Shown here: one piece after another, positions 46,277 through 57,676 of the stretch
How the letters are laid out: each line of letters begins with the position of its first letter
Position numbering within the stretch: the first letter of the stretch is position 1
Origin: an uncultured delta proteobacterium
Lineage (GTDB): Bacteria > Bdellovibrionota > FAC87 > UBA2466
Assembly (NCBI GenBank): GCA_963778115.1
Contig: CAVZSV010000004.1
Coordinates: 2,112,001 to 2,176,000 of the forward strand
Direction: 5' to 3'
Length of the DNA: 64,000 nt
Program-made: the position numbers and the translations under genes
Notes under the pieces: model-generated
What the model was told of the DNA's origin: nothing
What the model saw: the letters and a program-made list of their open reading frames with translations, nothing else
Databases searched by the model: none

Positions 46277-48085
46277 TTATGCGACTTGTTCCACTTCGCC
46301 CGTCTTGGATTCATCCGTCTTTATTGCTTGGATCAAGACAAATAATCTTTCGACGTCAGATTCCACGACACTTAGATGCGCGGCCGAGAATTCCGACCCG
46401 ACTCCCATAGCTTTTGAGGAAAGTGCTTGCAGTCGAAAAAGACGAAATGAGGTCTCATACCACTGCTCGCGGGTTAACCCCATTACCCGCAAATATTTGA
46501 TTAAGGAAAAGTCGCCGATAGACTCTTCTTGCGCGAAGAAAAGTAAACATACTCCTAAGTCCATCAATGTTGGCTTAAGTTTCGAAAATTCGCGCGTGGC
46601 AAAGAGGTATCGCAAGGAATTGATCACAGAGGATTCTGGAAAGCGTTTTTCCCAAAGCCATTCGGAATGGTTTAGGACCACTTCCGTTAAGCCCGACTTA
46701 AGGGCCGGGTGCAGCGAGAAGCTGGAAGCTTTATCGTCAAGAAGGCTCCTGATGGCGACATCTCGAAAGTTCCAAAATTGTTTTAAGATGTCTTTAAACT
46801 GTTCACCGAGTTCCGCCTCAAGTGCTGAACAATAACTCTGTGCGATCAATTTATCTAAATGGACTTGGGGAAGGGGAAACTTTTGATCTAGACTCAAGAA
46901 TCGGAAAAAGTGGGCTAGTTTCCAATATTGCTTTCCTAAATCCGTCGTAGCGGGACCCGCGGGTATATCCGTGGGGAAACTCTTCGTTTCAAAAGCCTCT
47001 TGCCGAAGGGTCAGCTCTTGCACGTCGCCGTCGCTTAGCCTCTGTTCATGAACAGAACTCTCTACCTCAGGGAGGCTGTTATCTACTAACGCCTTGTCTT
47101 CAAGGGCCACCGGATGGATACCGCTTACCGTTTGTTCGCAGACAAGGGGAGATATCATGGTTTGCGAAATTTCGTCTGCGGTCTGAGGGAGCGGCAACAG
47201 TTCTTGCTTTGGAGGGGCAACTTCAGCCTGAGCGGTGTCGGATGACTCGACGTTTTTGGGCGTTTCCCACTGCCCCACAGGTTTTTCTTTTGTCTCAAAC
47301 CAACCGGGAGTTTGAATCGAAGCGGTGTTACTCGTTTGCTGGTCGTTAGTGTGTTCGGAAGCAAAACTATCAAGAGCGGCATTGAGTTCCGCTAAATCGT
47401 GGTCTTCACTCTCCACTAAATTTGCTGGCGCTGGGGAAGGCGTCTTCTCCGAAAAAAGCTCGTCTTTAAGTCCATGGGATTCGACAGGCTCCGGGATGGG
47501 TGTGAACCCATGTAATGGCGTAATGTCATCTTCATCTTCAATTTCGGCTTCCGGATTTTCTTCTCCGAGAAAGAAGTCGGAGACTGAGTTTTGAGGCAAT
47601 TCATCTTCTTCATATTCTTTTGGCTCATATTCCTTTGACTCATTCGCCTGATGCTCCTCACCTAAGCGTGGCCAATCCTCTTGCGCTTGTGGGGCAGAAA
47701 AGGGTTCACTTGCAGGCGAAGAGTTAAACTCCGTGGGGTTGGCAAAGCCGTCGCTCGTGGATGCGGCCCGCGTTGCTTCGGCAGAGACTCGGGAAATCAA
47801 TTCCGTTTTCTGCTCCCTTTGGCGCAGATCCATTAGCGTCCGATTCGTAAAGTCTTCTAAATTTTCGATTTCGAGCTGTTGTAATAGAAGACAGAAAAGT
47901 TCATTACACTTTTGAATACTCTCTGCGTGCGAAGCGGCCGTTCCTTCGTCGTTCTCGTCCTTTTCCATGAAAAGGAGGTCTCCTATCTCACCGATAGTAA
48001 GAGCTTCAAAATTATGGTCATGCGCGAACGATTCTTGAAGCAGGCTATCTATCATTGGATTTAGCGTGTTCGGTGAGTGGCTCAT
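46277..48085 (-). CDS. Hypothetical protein with long acidic disordered region
   Basis: 602-aa ORF; Glu/Asp/Ser/Pro-rich middle between helical N- and C-terminal regions; tightly packed in its operon. Confidence 0.65.
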   Translation of the reverse strand: MSHSPNTLNPMIDSLLQESFAHDHNFEALTIGEIGDLLFMEKDENDEGTAASHAESIQKCNELFCLLLQQLEIENLEDFTNRTLMDLRQREQKTELISRVSAEATRAASTSDGFANPTEFNSSPASEPFSAPQAQEDWPRLGEEHQANESKEYEPKEYEEDELPQNSVSDFFLGEENPEAEIEDEDDITPLHGFTPIPEPVESHGLKDELFSEKTPSPAPANLVESEDHDLAELNAALDSFASEHTNDQQTSNTASIQTPGWFETKEKPVGQWETPKNVESSDTAQAEVAPPKQELLPLPQTADEISQTMISPLVCEQTVSGIHPVALEDKALVDNSLPEVESSVHEQRLSDGDVQELTLRQEAFETKSFPTDIPAGPATTDLGKQYWKLAHFFRFLSLDQKFPLPQVHLDKLIAQSYCSALEAELGEQFKDILKQFWNFRDVAIRSLLDDKASSFSLHPALKSGLTEVVLNHSEWLWEKRFPESSVINSLRYLFATREFSKLKPTLMDLGVCLLFFAQEESIGDFSLIKYLRVMGLTREQWYETSFRLFRLQALSSKAMGVGSEFSAAHLSVVESDVERLFVLIQAIKTDESKTGEVEQVA

Positions 48086-48086
48086 A

Positions 48087-48368
48087 TTACTGCCTCACTT
48101 TACAGTTAACGCGGAGTTGATTGAGTACATCCCGCTTAATGCTGGTCATCCATTGGACCAGCTGTTTCTCTTCCAGATTCTTATTTCGACTGATCTCGGC
48201 GACGCTCATTCCCGCCAAGAACAGTTGAAAAATCTCCCGGCTTTGCTGATCGAGGCCTTCAATCGCATTGTCGAACCGAGAAAATACTTCTGCGGTCGCT
48301 TCCTCAAGGGTTGCGGTCTCGAGCAACTTTTCCACGTCTTTAGTAAGAGATGAGTCCCGTTTCTTCAT
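48087..48368 (-). CDS. Small protein with sigma-70 region-4-like HTH
   Basis: AIEGLDQQSREIFQLFLAGMSVAEISRNKNLEEKQL; likely start ATG 48368 after GGAG. Confidence 0.6.
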   Translation of the reverse strand: MKKRDSSLTKDVEKLLETATLEEATAEVFSRFDNAIEGLDQQSREIFQLFLAGMSVAEISRNKNLEEKQLVQWMTSIKRDVLNQLRVNCKVRQ

Positions 48369-48532
48369 AAACTCCCGCTTCTTTGTCAAAGCTTTGCTAG
48401 GTTCCGTAAGCTATCTTCGATAGCTGACTACTCTGGCTATGACACCTATCGTCATGTTTGACGCGGGGCTTAACCAAAAAATTGGTTTTTGTGCCCAGAT
48501 GTGCTAAAGTAGCGAACTCTTTAAGGAAAGAT

Positions 48533-49330
48533 ATGTACTTCCAATGGCTTAAGAGACATAAGAATTCACCTCGAATAACCCTCTCCTGGGCTTTGCTCCT
48601 GGTCGTACTTTCTACGCTGATCCTAAGATGTTCCGGCAAAGAGGCCTCCTCCGATGATCCTGACGCTCTTTTCCGTGAAGCTGAAGACGCTCTCAAAGAC
48701 GAGCACTACGTCGCTGCTTTAGAAAAGTTCCGCGATATCAAGAACCGCTTTCCTTACAGTTCGCGGGCCACCGATGCGGAGTTGAGAATTGCCGATACTT
48801 ATTTTGAGCAAGAGAGCTATCTAGAGGCCGAGAGCGCTTACGAAATATTTCGCGAACTTCATCCCACCAACCCCAAGATCGATTACGTGCAGTACCGGAT
48901 TGGCCTTTCGTACTATAAGCAAATTCCGGATAACAGCTCTCGAGATCTTACAGCGGCGTATCATGCTATCGAAGCTTTTGAGACCTTAGGAGAAAAGTAT
49001 CCTTCCTCAGAATATAACGCGAAGGGAAAAGAGTTTGTTATTGAAGCGCGCAAAAGATTAGCCGAGCACGAGGAGTATGTGGCTGACTTTTATTTCCGAC
49101 GAAAGCATTACCTCTCAGCTTCGTATCGTTACAGCGCGTTGCTCAAGGATTTCGCTCAACTAGGTTATGACGAAGAGGCGCTTTACCGGTTGGGACAGTC
49201 CTACTTAAATATTCGTATGTACCCCAATGCCAAAGACGCGTTTCAAAGGCTTCTCAGCGAATACCCCAACTCGAATCTAAAATCGGATGCCGAGGGGGCT
49301 CTCCAGGAAATGGCGAAAGCCTCTCCATAA
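48533..49330 (+). CDS. bamD: Outer membrane assembly lipoprotein BamD
   Basis: Lipoprotein-like signal (LILRC); RFPYSS, FRELHP, DYVQYRIGLSYY, RD, LAEHEEYVADFYFRR, EEALYRL. Confidence 0.9.
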   Translation: MYFQWLKRHKNSPRITLSWALLLVVLSTLILRCSGKEASSDDPDALFREAEDALKDEHYVAALEKFRDIKNRFPYSSRATDAELRIADTYFEQESYLEAESAYEIFRELHPTNPKIDYVQYRIGLSYYKQIPDNSSRDLTAAYHAIEAFETLGEKYPSSEYNAKGKEFVIEARKRLAEHEEYVADFYFRRKHYLSASYRYSALLKDFAQLGYDEEALYRLGQSYLNIRMYPNAKDAFQRLLSEYPNSNLKSDAEGALQEMAKASP

Positions 49331-49387
49331 GTCGGTAATAACACCCTTGGTTTCCGCGCTACCGTTCCCGAGCGCTTTCAGACTATA

Positions 49388-50131
49388 ATGGGGACGATGG
49401 ATGTCAGAGCTACTACCGTTGAAGACTTGCTCCGGCTTGCCCGAGAGGACCTGGCGAGGAACAGCCTTTCGTCGGCCGAAAAAAGTCTCGAGCAGGCGAT
49501 TCTCCTGAATAATCAGGTCCCCGATGCTTTTCACCTTTTGGGTTATGTTTACTCTAAACGAGGAAAATTTAAAAAAGCCATTATGGCTTTTGAAAGAGCC
49601 CTAGCGCTGGATCCTTTTCATACCGAAGCCGCCATTGCCTTAAGTAGTCTCTATAATGACGTGGGAAAGTATAAGGAAGGGGCCCAGGTTTTTTACAAAA
49701 CCAAGAAGCGACTCGATCGGACCTTGCCCGGCTACGATCCGCGCATCAATACGAGTTTGGCGAAGCGGCATTATGAGATGGGCCTTTTCTATATGCGGTT
49801 CGAACGTTTCCAAGAGGCCTATCATGAATTTTCTAAAGCGCTAAATCTTGAGCCCGATAATATTGTTAATGCCGTTCAAATGGCCAAGTGCCTCTCTAAG
49901 ACCGGCGACAAGGAAGCCGCGATTAACCTCCTTCGCAAAAGCTTAAATTCAAATCCCAAGTGTGTGGAAGCCAAGGTACAACTCGGCGTTCTGTATCATG
50001 CTCAGCAAAAATTGCGGGAAGCGCATCGAGAATGGCAAGAAGCGATGTCGTTGGATCCAGAGAATAAATCAGCTCAGATGTACCTGTCTATGTTGGAGAC
50101 GGAGTCCAATCCCCGAGAGCATTCCCAATAG
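49388..50131 (+). CDS. Tetratricopeptide repeat protein
   Basis: Clear TPRs (DAFHLLGYVY...AIMAFERALALDP; HYEMGLFY...FSKALNLEP). Start may be ATG 49397. Confidence 0.85.
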   Translation: MGTMDVRATTVEDLLRLAREDLARNSLSSAEKSLEQAILLNNQVPDAFHLLGYVYSKRGKFKKAIMAFERALALDPFHTEAAIALSSLYNDVGKYKEGAQVFYKTKKRLDRTLPGYDPRINTSLAKRHYEMGLFYMRFERFQEAYHEFSKALNLEPDNIVNAVQMAKCLSKTGDKEAAINLLRKSLNSNPKCVEAKVQLGVLYHAQQKLREAHREWQEAMSLDPENKSAQMYLSMLETESNPREHSQ

Positions 50132-50151
50132 CTTGTCGAAAAGATCCGATT

Positions 50152-50814
50152 ATGGTTGGGTGGTTTCTGAGAGGTCATGTGACAAGAGGTTTTTCAACCC
50201 GGCTATTTTGGATCGTCCTAATGGTGATCGCTTCCACGGTCCATTCGGAACCGTTTGATGGCCCCATGGCGTGGCCAAACGACGCCATCAAGATCTCCTC
50301 TAGCAAGAAGCTAAGGGATCCAGGCTCTCAAACGGTAGTAAAAGGTGCCGTGGTGGATGCGACCTCCGATCCCATGGCCAATCTGATTCACTTTCGAATG
50401 GAGTCGGTTGTCTATACTGGATATAGCAATGTGGCCACCGCCGGATCGGCCTATTCGTTGGGCACTAAGTTCGGCTTTGCCCCAAAGTACGGCATTCCTT
50501 TTTATGTCGGCCCTGAGTTATCTTTTTCGCTGTTCTCCCCCGGTTCGATGATGAGAGCGGGGGGAGCGGCATGGTTCGAGATTCACCGGTTTCCGGCCTC
50601 TGCCTATCAGACCCTTTTTGGATTGGGAGCGGGAGGAGCATTCCCAACGGCAATGCCTGCTTTTACGACTACGACATGGACAGTTTATGCGGATCTAAGT
50701 GTTGCCAGGCCTCTGGATGATCTAGCCGCTTTAGCACTAACGCTGCGTCCCGCACTTACGGGCGGATTTTTTAGTTTTAACGCACTCTTTAATATAATCT
50801 TTCGATTCCTCTAG
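50152..50814 (+). CDS. Hypothetical exported protein, possibly a small outer-membrane beta-barrel
   Basis: Signal-like LFWIVLMVIASTVHS; alternating beta-strand pattern; C-terminus FNIIFRFL. Confidence 0.45.
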   Translation: MVGWFLRGHVTRGFSTRLFWIVLMVIASTVHSEPFDGPMAWPNDAIKISSSKKLRDPGSQTVVKGAVVDATSDPMANLIHFRMESVVYTGYSNVATAGSAYSLGTKFGFAPKYGIPFYVGPELSFSLFSPGSMMRAGGAAWFEIHRFPASAYQTLFGLGAGGAFPTAMPAFTTTTWTVYADLSVARPLDDLAALALTLRPALTGGFFSFNALFNIIFRFL

Positions 50815-50883
50815 CATTCATCACCCCTTCTTGACGCCAAAACGCGCATCTGTCAGCGTGAACTTTCTTTCGGAGGGAAACCA

Positions 50884-51942
50884 GTGTTGAGCAATTTTCG
50901 GGGACTAACGTTCGACGATGTTCTTTTAGTACCAGGCTACAACGGAATCAAATCACGTCAAAACGTGACGACCAATGTAACGATGGGAAAATTCAGTTTT
51001 GGAATTCCTCTTATTAGTTCCAACATGGATACTATTACGGGTACTGCAATGGCGAATGCCATGGCTGCTGCTGGGGGAATGGCTATTCTTCATCGTTTCT
51101 GTTCAATTGAAGAGAATGTGGCCATGTACAAAGGTTGCCTTCAGCCGGACAAAGTCGCCATTTCGATCGGAATTGGAAAAGAAGGAATGGATCGCGCGCA
51201 CTCGCTAATTTCTGCGGGAGCTCAAATGATCTGCGTGGATGTGGCGCACGGCCATTCGAAAGAGGTAAACCGTACCGTTAGAGCGCTTCGCGAGTTGTAC
51301 AAAGAAAACATTTTGGTCATTGCTGGAAATGTCGCCACTTATGCGGGCGCGGACTATTTGGCGGCTGCTGGGGCCGATGTGATTAAAGTAGGGATCGGTT
51401 CTGGTTCCGTTTGCACCACTCGAATCAAGACGGGTTTCGGCGTTCCTCAGCTTTCGGCTATCCAGGATTGTAGAAAAGTAGACCGTATTCTCATCTCAGA
51501 CGGGGGAGTCCGTTATCCTGCGGACGCTGTGAAAGCGTTGGCGGCGGGGGCTGATTTCGTGATGCTGGGTGGATTACTCGCGGGGACGGATGAAACTCCT
51601 GGCGATACGATTGAAGTTAAGGCAGCCGGCAATGATAAAAAAACGGCCAGTGGGAAAACTAAATTTAAGCGTTTTCGAGGAATGGCCTCTAAAGAGGCCC
51701 AAGATGATTTCATGGGTGGCATGTCTGAGTGGAAAACCGCGGAAGGCATTGCTATTGAGGTTCCAGCACGGGGTCCCGTTCGTGACGTTATTCAGGACTT
51801 AATGGGAGGAATTCGTTCTGGCATGACTTACTGCGGGGCAGCTACCATTAAAGATCTTCAGCGCAAAGCTCAGTTCTTGGAAATAACTCCGGCGGTCCGA
51901 ATCGAAGGCACTCCGCATGGATTGGGGCGTCTTACCGAATAG
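50884..51942 (+). CDS. IMPDH/GMP reductase family enzyme without CBS domains; GMP-reductase-like
   Basis: [52 protein letters not shown]; flap lacks the IMPDH Arg-Tyr dyad. Confidence 0.85.
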   Translation: MLSNFRGLTFDDVLLVPGYNGIKSRQNVTTNVTMGKFSFGIPLISSNMDTITGTAMANAMAAAGGMAILHRFCSIEENVAMYKGCLQPDKVAISIGIGKEGMDRAHSLISAGAQMICVDVAHGHSKEVNRTVRALRELYKENILVIAGNVATYAGADYLAAAGADVIKVGIGSGSVCTTRIKTGFGVPQLSAIQDCRKVDRILISDGGVRYPADAVKALAAGADFVMLGGLLAGTDETPGDTIEVKAAGNDKKTASGKTKFKRFRGMASKEAQDDFMGGMSEWKTAEGIAIEVPARGPVRDVIQDLMGGIRSGMTYCGAATIKDLQRKAQFLEITPAVRIEGTPHGLGRLTE

Positions 51943-51947
51943 GTTCT

Positions 51948-52376
51948 TTATTCTGCCGCCTCTTCTTCTTCTTTTTGCGCGGTAGCTTCCGCATATTGGA
52001 TAAGCATTCGAAGAAGAGCCCGCGTCTCTTCGGAGGGGCTCAAAAACTCAACTCCAAATCCCGTCGTCGAAGAGCCTCGAGCCCAACGTACCACGGAGGC
52101 TTCGGTGACTGAAAACTGTCCCAATTTTCCGATTAGTTTCGAATAATCGGTAATCTTCACCTCTCCAGTTTTTTGGCCCTGAGTGTTTTGATGGATAAAA
52201 CGAATTTCGATGAGTAACCGTTCCCCCAAAGCCAAAGGAACGCTGCCGTGCACGAAAGCCCCACCTTCTGAGAGATCACGAATCTCAACGTCCATCGGTT
52301 GGTCTGGGGCCTTCTTTAATCTGACTACGGCAGGGAATCGTACAGGAATGCGTTTATAAGCTCGTCGATCGTCCAT
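51948..52376 (-). CDS. PilZ domain protein
   Basis: RxxxR (RAYKR), DLSEGG, VVRW, GFGVEF. Confidence 0.88.
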   Translation of the reverse strand: MDDRRAYKRIPVRFPAVVRLKKAPDQPMDVEIRDLSEGGAFVHGSVPLALGERLLIEIRFIHQNTQGQKTGEVKITDYSKLIGKLGQFSVTEASVVRWARGSSTTGFGVEFLSPSEETRALLRMLIQYAEATAQKEEEEAAE

Positions 52377-52425
52377 CCTGGTATGATATCAAAAACCCAA
52401 GGTTTTGTCGTCGCCCGGGGGAAAT

Positions 52426-52995
52426 CTAGAAGGTTCTAAATCCAAAAGCTGCCAGGGGGAACAAATCGGCTAACCCTCCTGACGTCGAACCGCCTCCTCT
52501 CATTGAGGAGGTAAACGACTGGTAAAACGATTCAAGTTCGCCCTGTGAGTAACTAGTGTAAGCGGAAGCCGTGGGATACATCACCGCGTTGGGATCCGCT
52601 ACATGCACTAGTCCCGCGCAATGGCCGAACTCATGGATAAAGACAGATTCTAAATATTGGGAGTCTTGGCTATCATCGAAAAGAAAATTGGAGAGCTGGA
52701 TCGTACAAGTCGAAGACTGACGAGTGGTATAGCCGGCACGTAGAGGGTTATCGGTCGGAGGCGGCACTAAGCTAATGCTGACCGGATATCCATTCGTATT
52801 CCCAGTTTGTTGAATCAGAGATTGGCTGCTCATTTGATTCATATCGGAAGTGAAACCTAAAAGCTGAGCTTGTTGGTCGCTGGTAAAATTTTGAAACGAT
52901 ACGATTTTGGCAGGCCAATTCTGAGAGGGACTTTTTACGGCACATCCAATGACCAAGAAACTTACGAGTCCGAGCAACGTATTCCGAACTAACAC
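52426..52995 (-). CDS. Matrixin-like (M10) zinc metalloprotease lipoprotein
   Basis: HEFGHCAGLVH and Met-turn AVMYP. GTG 52995 after GGAGG gives the lipoprotein signal MLVRNTLLGLVSFLVIG-C. Confidence 0.8.
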   Translation of the reverse strand: MLVRNTLLGLVSFLVIGCAVKSPSQNWPAKIVSFQNFTSDQQAQLLGFTSDMNQMSSQSLIQQTGNTNGYPVSISLVPPPTDNPLRAGYTTRQSSTCTIQLSNFLFDDSQDSQYLESVFIHEFGHCAGLVHVADPNAVMYPTASAYTSYSQGELESFYQSFTSSMRGGGSTSGGLADLFPLAAFGFRTF

Positions 52996-53070
52996 AACGC
53001 CTCCAGCTACAGCTTCCGCTACTGCCACTAAGTGACGACTTAGAGGCCAGCCGATGTCAGGGTTGGTTAG

Positions 53071-53086
53071 TGCAATCAAAAGGCCA
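53071..53086 (-). promoter_or_regulatory. Candidate sigma-54 promoter for the matrixin gene
   Basis: Minus strand TGGCCTTTTGATTGCA (TGGC-N7-TTGCA). Confidence 0.55.
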
Positions 53087-53135
53087 CTGAGGTGAATTTC
53101 AAAATTAACGCGAAGACCGCATGAACACAGACTGC

Positions 53136-55184
53136 CTAGAGCGTTCGATCACTGCCACCGTCGACGGGAATCTGAGCTCCCGTTGTCTTGCGAAATGCCC
53201 CGCTCACAAGGGCTATCACTCCTACAGCTACATCCTGAGTCGAGAGTTCGGTCTTAAGTAGATTATTTCTTCGGTATTCTTGCGGCGTCATTCGATAGGC
53301 GGCCGCTCTTTTGGCGATGACGTCATCGGTCCAAATTCCAGTATCGAAGACTAGATGAGGATTGAGAACATTGACCCTGATTCCGTGCTTTCCTCCTTCG
53401 AGGGCACACACTCGAGCCAACTGCACCTGCCCTGCCTTTGCGACACTGTAAGCTCCGGCTTCGGGTCCGGGAGCCTGCGCATTTTTGGAAGCGATAAAGA
53501 TGATGTCGCCGCCTGATTCTTGCGGCTTAAGCCATCTCAACATTCCGGAAACGGAGTTAAAGCTGCCCGTGAGGTTAACATCCACACTTTTGTCCCAACT
53601 CTCCTGCGAAATATTTTCCAGGAGTGCTGAAGGAGGAAATATTCCCGCATTGATGACTCCGATGTCGAGACCACCGCAAGTCAGAACGGTTTGCAGTACC
53701 GCCTTTTCGATCTGGCTTTTTTCCGTAATATCCGCTTTTAGAAAGTAAACGCGATTTCCTGATTTACAAAGGGATTGAAGTTCCGAAGTTAGCTTCGCAA
53801 AAGCCGAGTCATCGAAATCGACCGCAAAAACCACAGCTCCGTTTTCAGCAAGTTGTTTGGTAATTCCAAGGCCGATCCCACTTGCCGCTCCCGTTACCAA
53901 GGCAACTTTCCCGGATAGCGGTTTTCTCTTTGGCCCTAAAGCGAGCTTAGCTTGTTCGAGCACCCAGTATTCAATATCGAAAAGATGCGACTCTTCAAGT
54001 GCTTCAAAACGTCCTATCGCTTCGGCATCCAAAATAACTTTAGCGGTATGACGGTAAATATCCAGCGCGATGGAAGCGTCCTTCAGAGTCGCTCCGACGG
54101 TAACAATCCCGATTCCAGGAAGTAGCCAAACGCGGGGAAGCGGATCTAATTTGCGAAAAGTCTCTTTTCTATTTTTCGACTGTCGCTCGAAATACTTTTC
54201 ATAATTAACGCAGTAAGCTTCGGCGATCTCCTCGATTGAGGGCAGTTTGTCCGTTTTGATAGAGTCTCGGGGGACAAACGCTGGAAATTGCTTAGTGCGA
54301 ATGACGTGATCCGGGGTGAGAGGACCTCTTTGGCAAAGCCCGCTAAGATCAGGATGGTTCACATAATCGAGCGATTCTTTCGAATCGTCGAGTTGGAGCA
54401 CGCAGGGAAAATCTCTTTTGAGATAAGCCTTCCGGATCTCGAGCATCCACCGAGCTTTCCTTTCGGCCGTTAACGAAACGAGTTCTTTGTCAGCGACTGA
54501 AGAAGAGGGTTTGCCGATTTGCGAAGTGATATGGGTCTCGGCCATCGCTACTAACCGAATCATTCTTTGGTAAGATTCTTTGGCGCTGGCGCCAAAGGAT
54601 AGAACTCCGTGTTTCATTAGAATCAGCCCCTCCACGGAAGGGTCGTTCTCATAAATTTCGGCAACTGCCTTAGAAAGCGCAAATCCCGGCATGATATAAG
54701 GAACGATCCCTACTGAATTTCCGTAGATCTTTTTTATGAGCTCTTCGCCATTGGGCTGGTTGGTGAGGGTTAATACGGCGTCAGCATGGGTGTGATCTAC
54801 GAAAGGATGGGGAAGATAGGCGTGCAGCAATGTTTCTACCGATGGATCTGGACTACTACTATCCATCAAGTGCGTGCGGAATTCGTTTACCATCGCTCTG
54901 TCTTCTAACTCGGAGAGTTCTCTCAACTTTAAAAGGTGAGGTAAGCGTACCGCCGGAAAACCGGCGGCTTGAATGGTAGCCAAATCCCATCCGGACCCTT
55001 TGATGTAAATGACCTTCTCTTCTTCGCCAAAGATGTTCTTAAAAGTACCTTTGACGGAAGTATTTCCTCCGCCGTGCATGACTAGACTCGCATCGGCGCC
55101 CAACAGGCGTGAGCTGTAAACCCTCTGCTCCAGTAACTGAGAAGAGGAAGGTGCTAAAGAATCATTCCAGCGATCGATGACCAT
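53136..55184 (-). CDS. Bifunctional class II aldolase / short-chain dehydrogenase
   Basis: HGGGNTSVK, KGSGWDL, PSVETLLH, DHTH, TPDHVIRTK, EYWVLEQAKL; SDR motifs TGAASGIG, NAG, YSVAK. Start ATG 55184. Confidence 0.92.
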   Translation of the reverse strand: MVIDRWNDSLAPSSSQLLEQRVYSSRLLGADASLVMHGGGNTSVKGTFKNIFGEEEKVIYIKGSGWDLATIQAAGFPAVRLPHLLKLRELSELEDRAMVNEFRTHLMDSSSPDPSVETLLHAYLPHPFVDHTHADAVLTLTNQPNGEELIKKIYGNSVGIVPYIMPGFALSKAVAEIYENDPSVEGLILMKHGVLSFGASAKESYQRMIRLVAMAETHITSQIGKPSSSVADKELVSLTAERKARWMLEIRKAYLKRDFPCVLQLDDSKESLDYVNHPDLSGLCQRGPLTPDHVIRTKQFPAFVPRDSIKTDKLPSIEEIAEAYCVNYEKYFERQSKNRKETFRKLDPLPRVWLLPGIGIVTVGATLKDASIALDIYRHTAKVILDAEAIGRFEALEESHLFDIEYWVLEQAKLALGPKRKPLSGKVALVTGAASGIGLGITKQLAENGAVVFAVDFDDSAFAKLTSELQSLCKSGNRVYFLKADITEKSQIEKAVLQTVLTCGGLDIGVINAGIFPPSALLENISQESWDKSVDVNLTGSFNSVSGMLRWLKPQESGGDIIFIASKNAQAPGPEAGAYSVAKAGQVQLARVCALEGGKHGIRVNVLNPHLVFDTGIWTDDVIAKRAAAYRMTPQEYRRNNLLKTELSTQDVAVGVIALVSGAFRKTTGAQIPVDGGSDRTL

Positions 55185-55243
55185 AAGAGGTCCCCCTTTT
55201 GTGGGTAAGTTACTGGGGGACCCCGTGAATCTCAAGATTTGCG

Positions 55244-56899
<1,656 letters not shown>

Positions 56900-57199
56900 T
56901 TACTTTTCTTTCTTTTCGATGATTCCCAGGATGTCTTCTTCTTTCATCATTAGAAGTTCCTCGCCATCCACCTTAACTTCGGTTCCGGAATATTTTCCGA
57001 ACAGGATGCGATCCCCTTTTTTGATTTCCAATGGAGAGACTTTACCGTCATCCAAGACTTTGCCCGATCCTACTGCGACCACTTCACCTTCTTGAGGTTT
57101 CTCTTTAGCGCTATCGGGGATAATGATTCCCCCTTTGGTCTTTAGCTCTTCCTCCAAGCGGCGGACAATCACTCGATCACGTAGTGGTTTTATCTTCAT
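56900..57199 (-). CDS. groS: Co-chaperonin GroES
   Basis: [37 protein letters not shown]. Confidence 0.98.
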   Translation of the reverse strand: MKIKPLRDRVIVRRLEEELKTKGGIIIPDSAKEKPQEGEVVAVGSGKVLDDGKVSPLEIKKGDRILFGKYSGTEVKVDGEELLMMKEEDILGIIEKKEK

Positions 57200-57376
57200 A
57201 GAGATTCCCTCCTTTTAAATACGAATCGCAATATAATCGTAGTCCGAAACCAGTCAAGGACGACCCCGTCCGAGACCGCGTTTTATATTTATATTCAGAC
57301 GCTTGTCCCTCCCAGGGGAGGTTCCTGCCCTGCATCAGTGCTTTGAAAATGTAGCGAAAACGGCTAGGCTCGCCCC

Positions 57377-57625
57377 ATGTCGGATTCTGGTCTTCTTAAA
57401 GTGCGCTGTCCCGTTTGCAGGAATTTCAGCCGCTGGAAAGATAATCCCTACCGTCCTTTTTGCGGAGAGAGTTGTAAGAACAGAGATCTCGGTAATTGGG
57501 CAACCGAGGCTTACCGTATTCCGGGGGCCCCGCAGGAATCGGACAGCGAAAAAACCACCCCTGAGTCACCCAAATCGGACCCCGAAACCGAGCCAGAATC
57601 TGAACCGGAATCTGAGAATGACTAG
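57377..57625 (+). CDS. yacG: DNA gyrase inhibitor YacG with acidic tail
   Basis: CPVC...RPFCGESCKNRDLGNWATEAYRIP. Confidence 0.88.
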   Translation: MSDSGLLKVRCPVCRNFSRWKDNPYRPFCGESCKNRDLGNWATEAYRIPGAPQESDSEKTTPESPKSDPETEPESEPESEND

Positions 57626-57676
57626 GGCGAAACGGTCATTTACTTAGCCTGACCCTAAGTATAGGTTCAACCCGAC

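Noticed and set aside
57200..57376. CIRCE operator upstream of groES
   Set aside because: TTAGCACTC-N9-GAGTGCTAA not found; only a sigma-70-like TTGACT-16-TATATT.
57560..57622. Short repeats in the yacG tail (EPES units)
   Set aside because: Ordinary low-complexity acidic tail, not a distinct repeat element.
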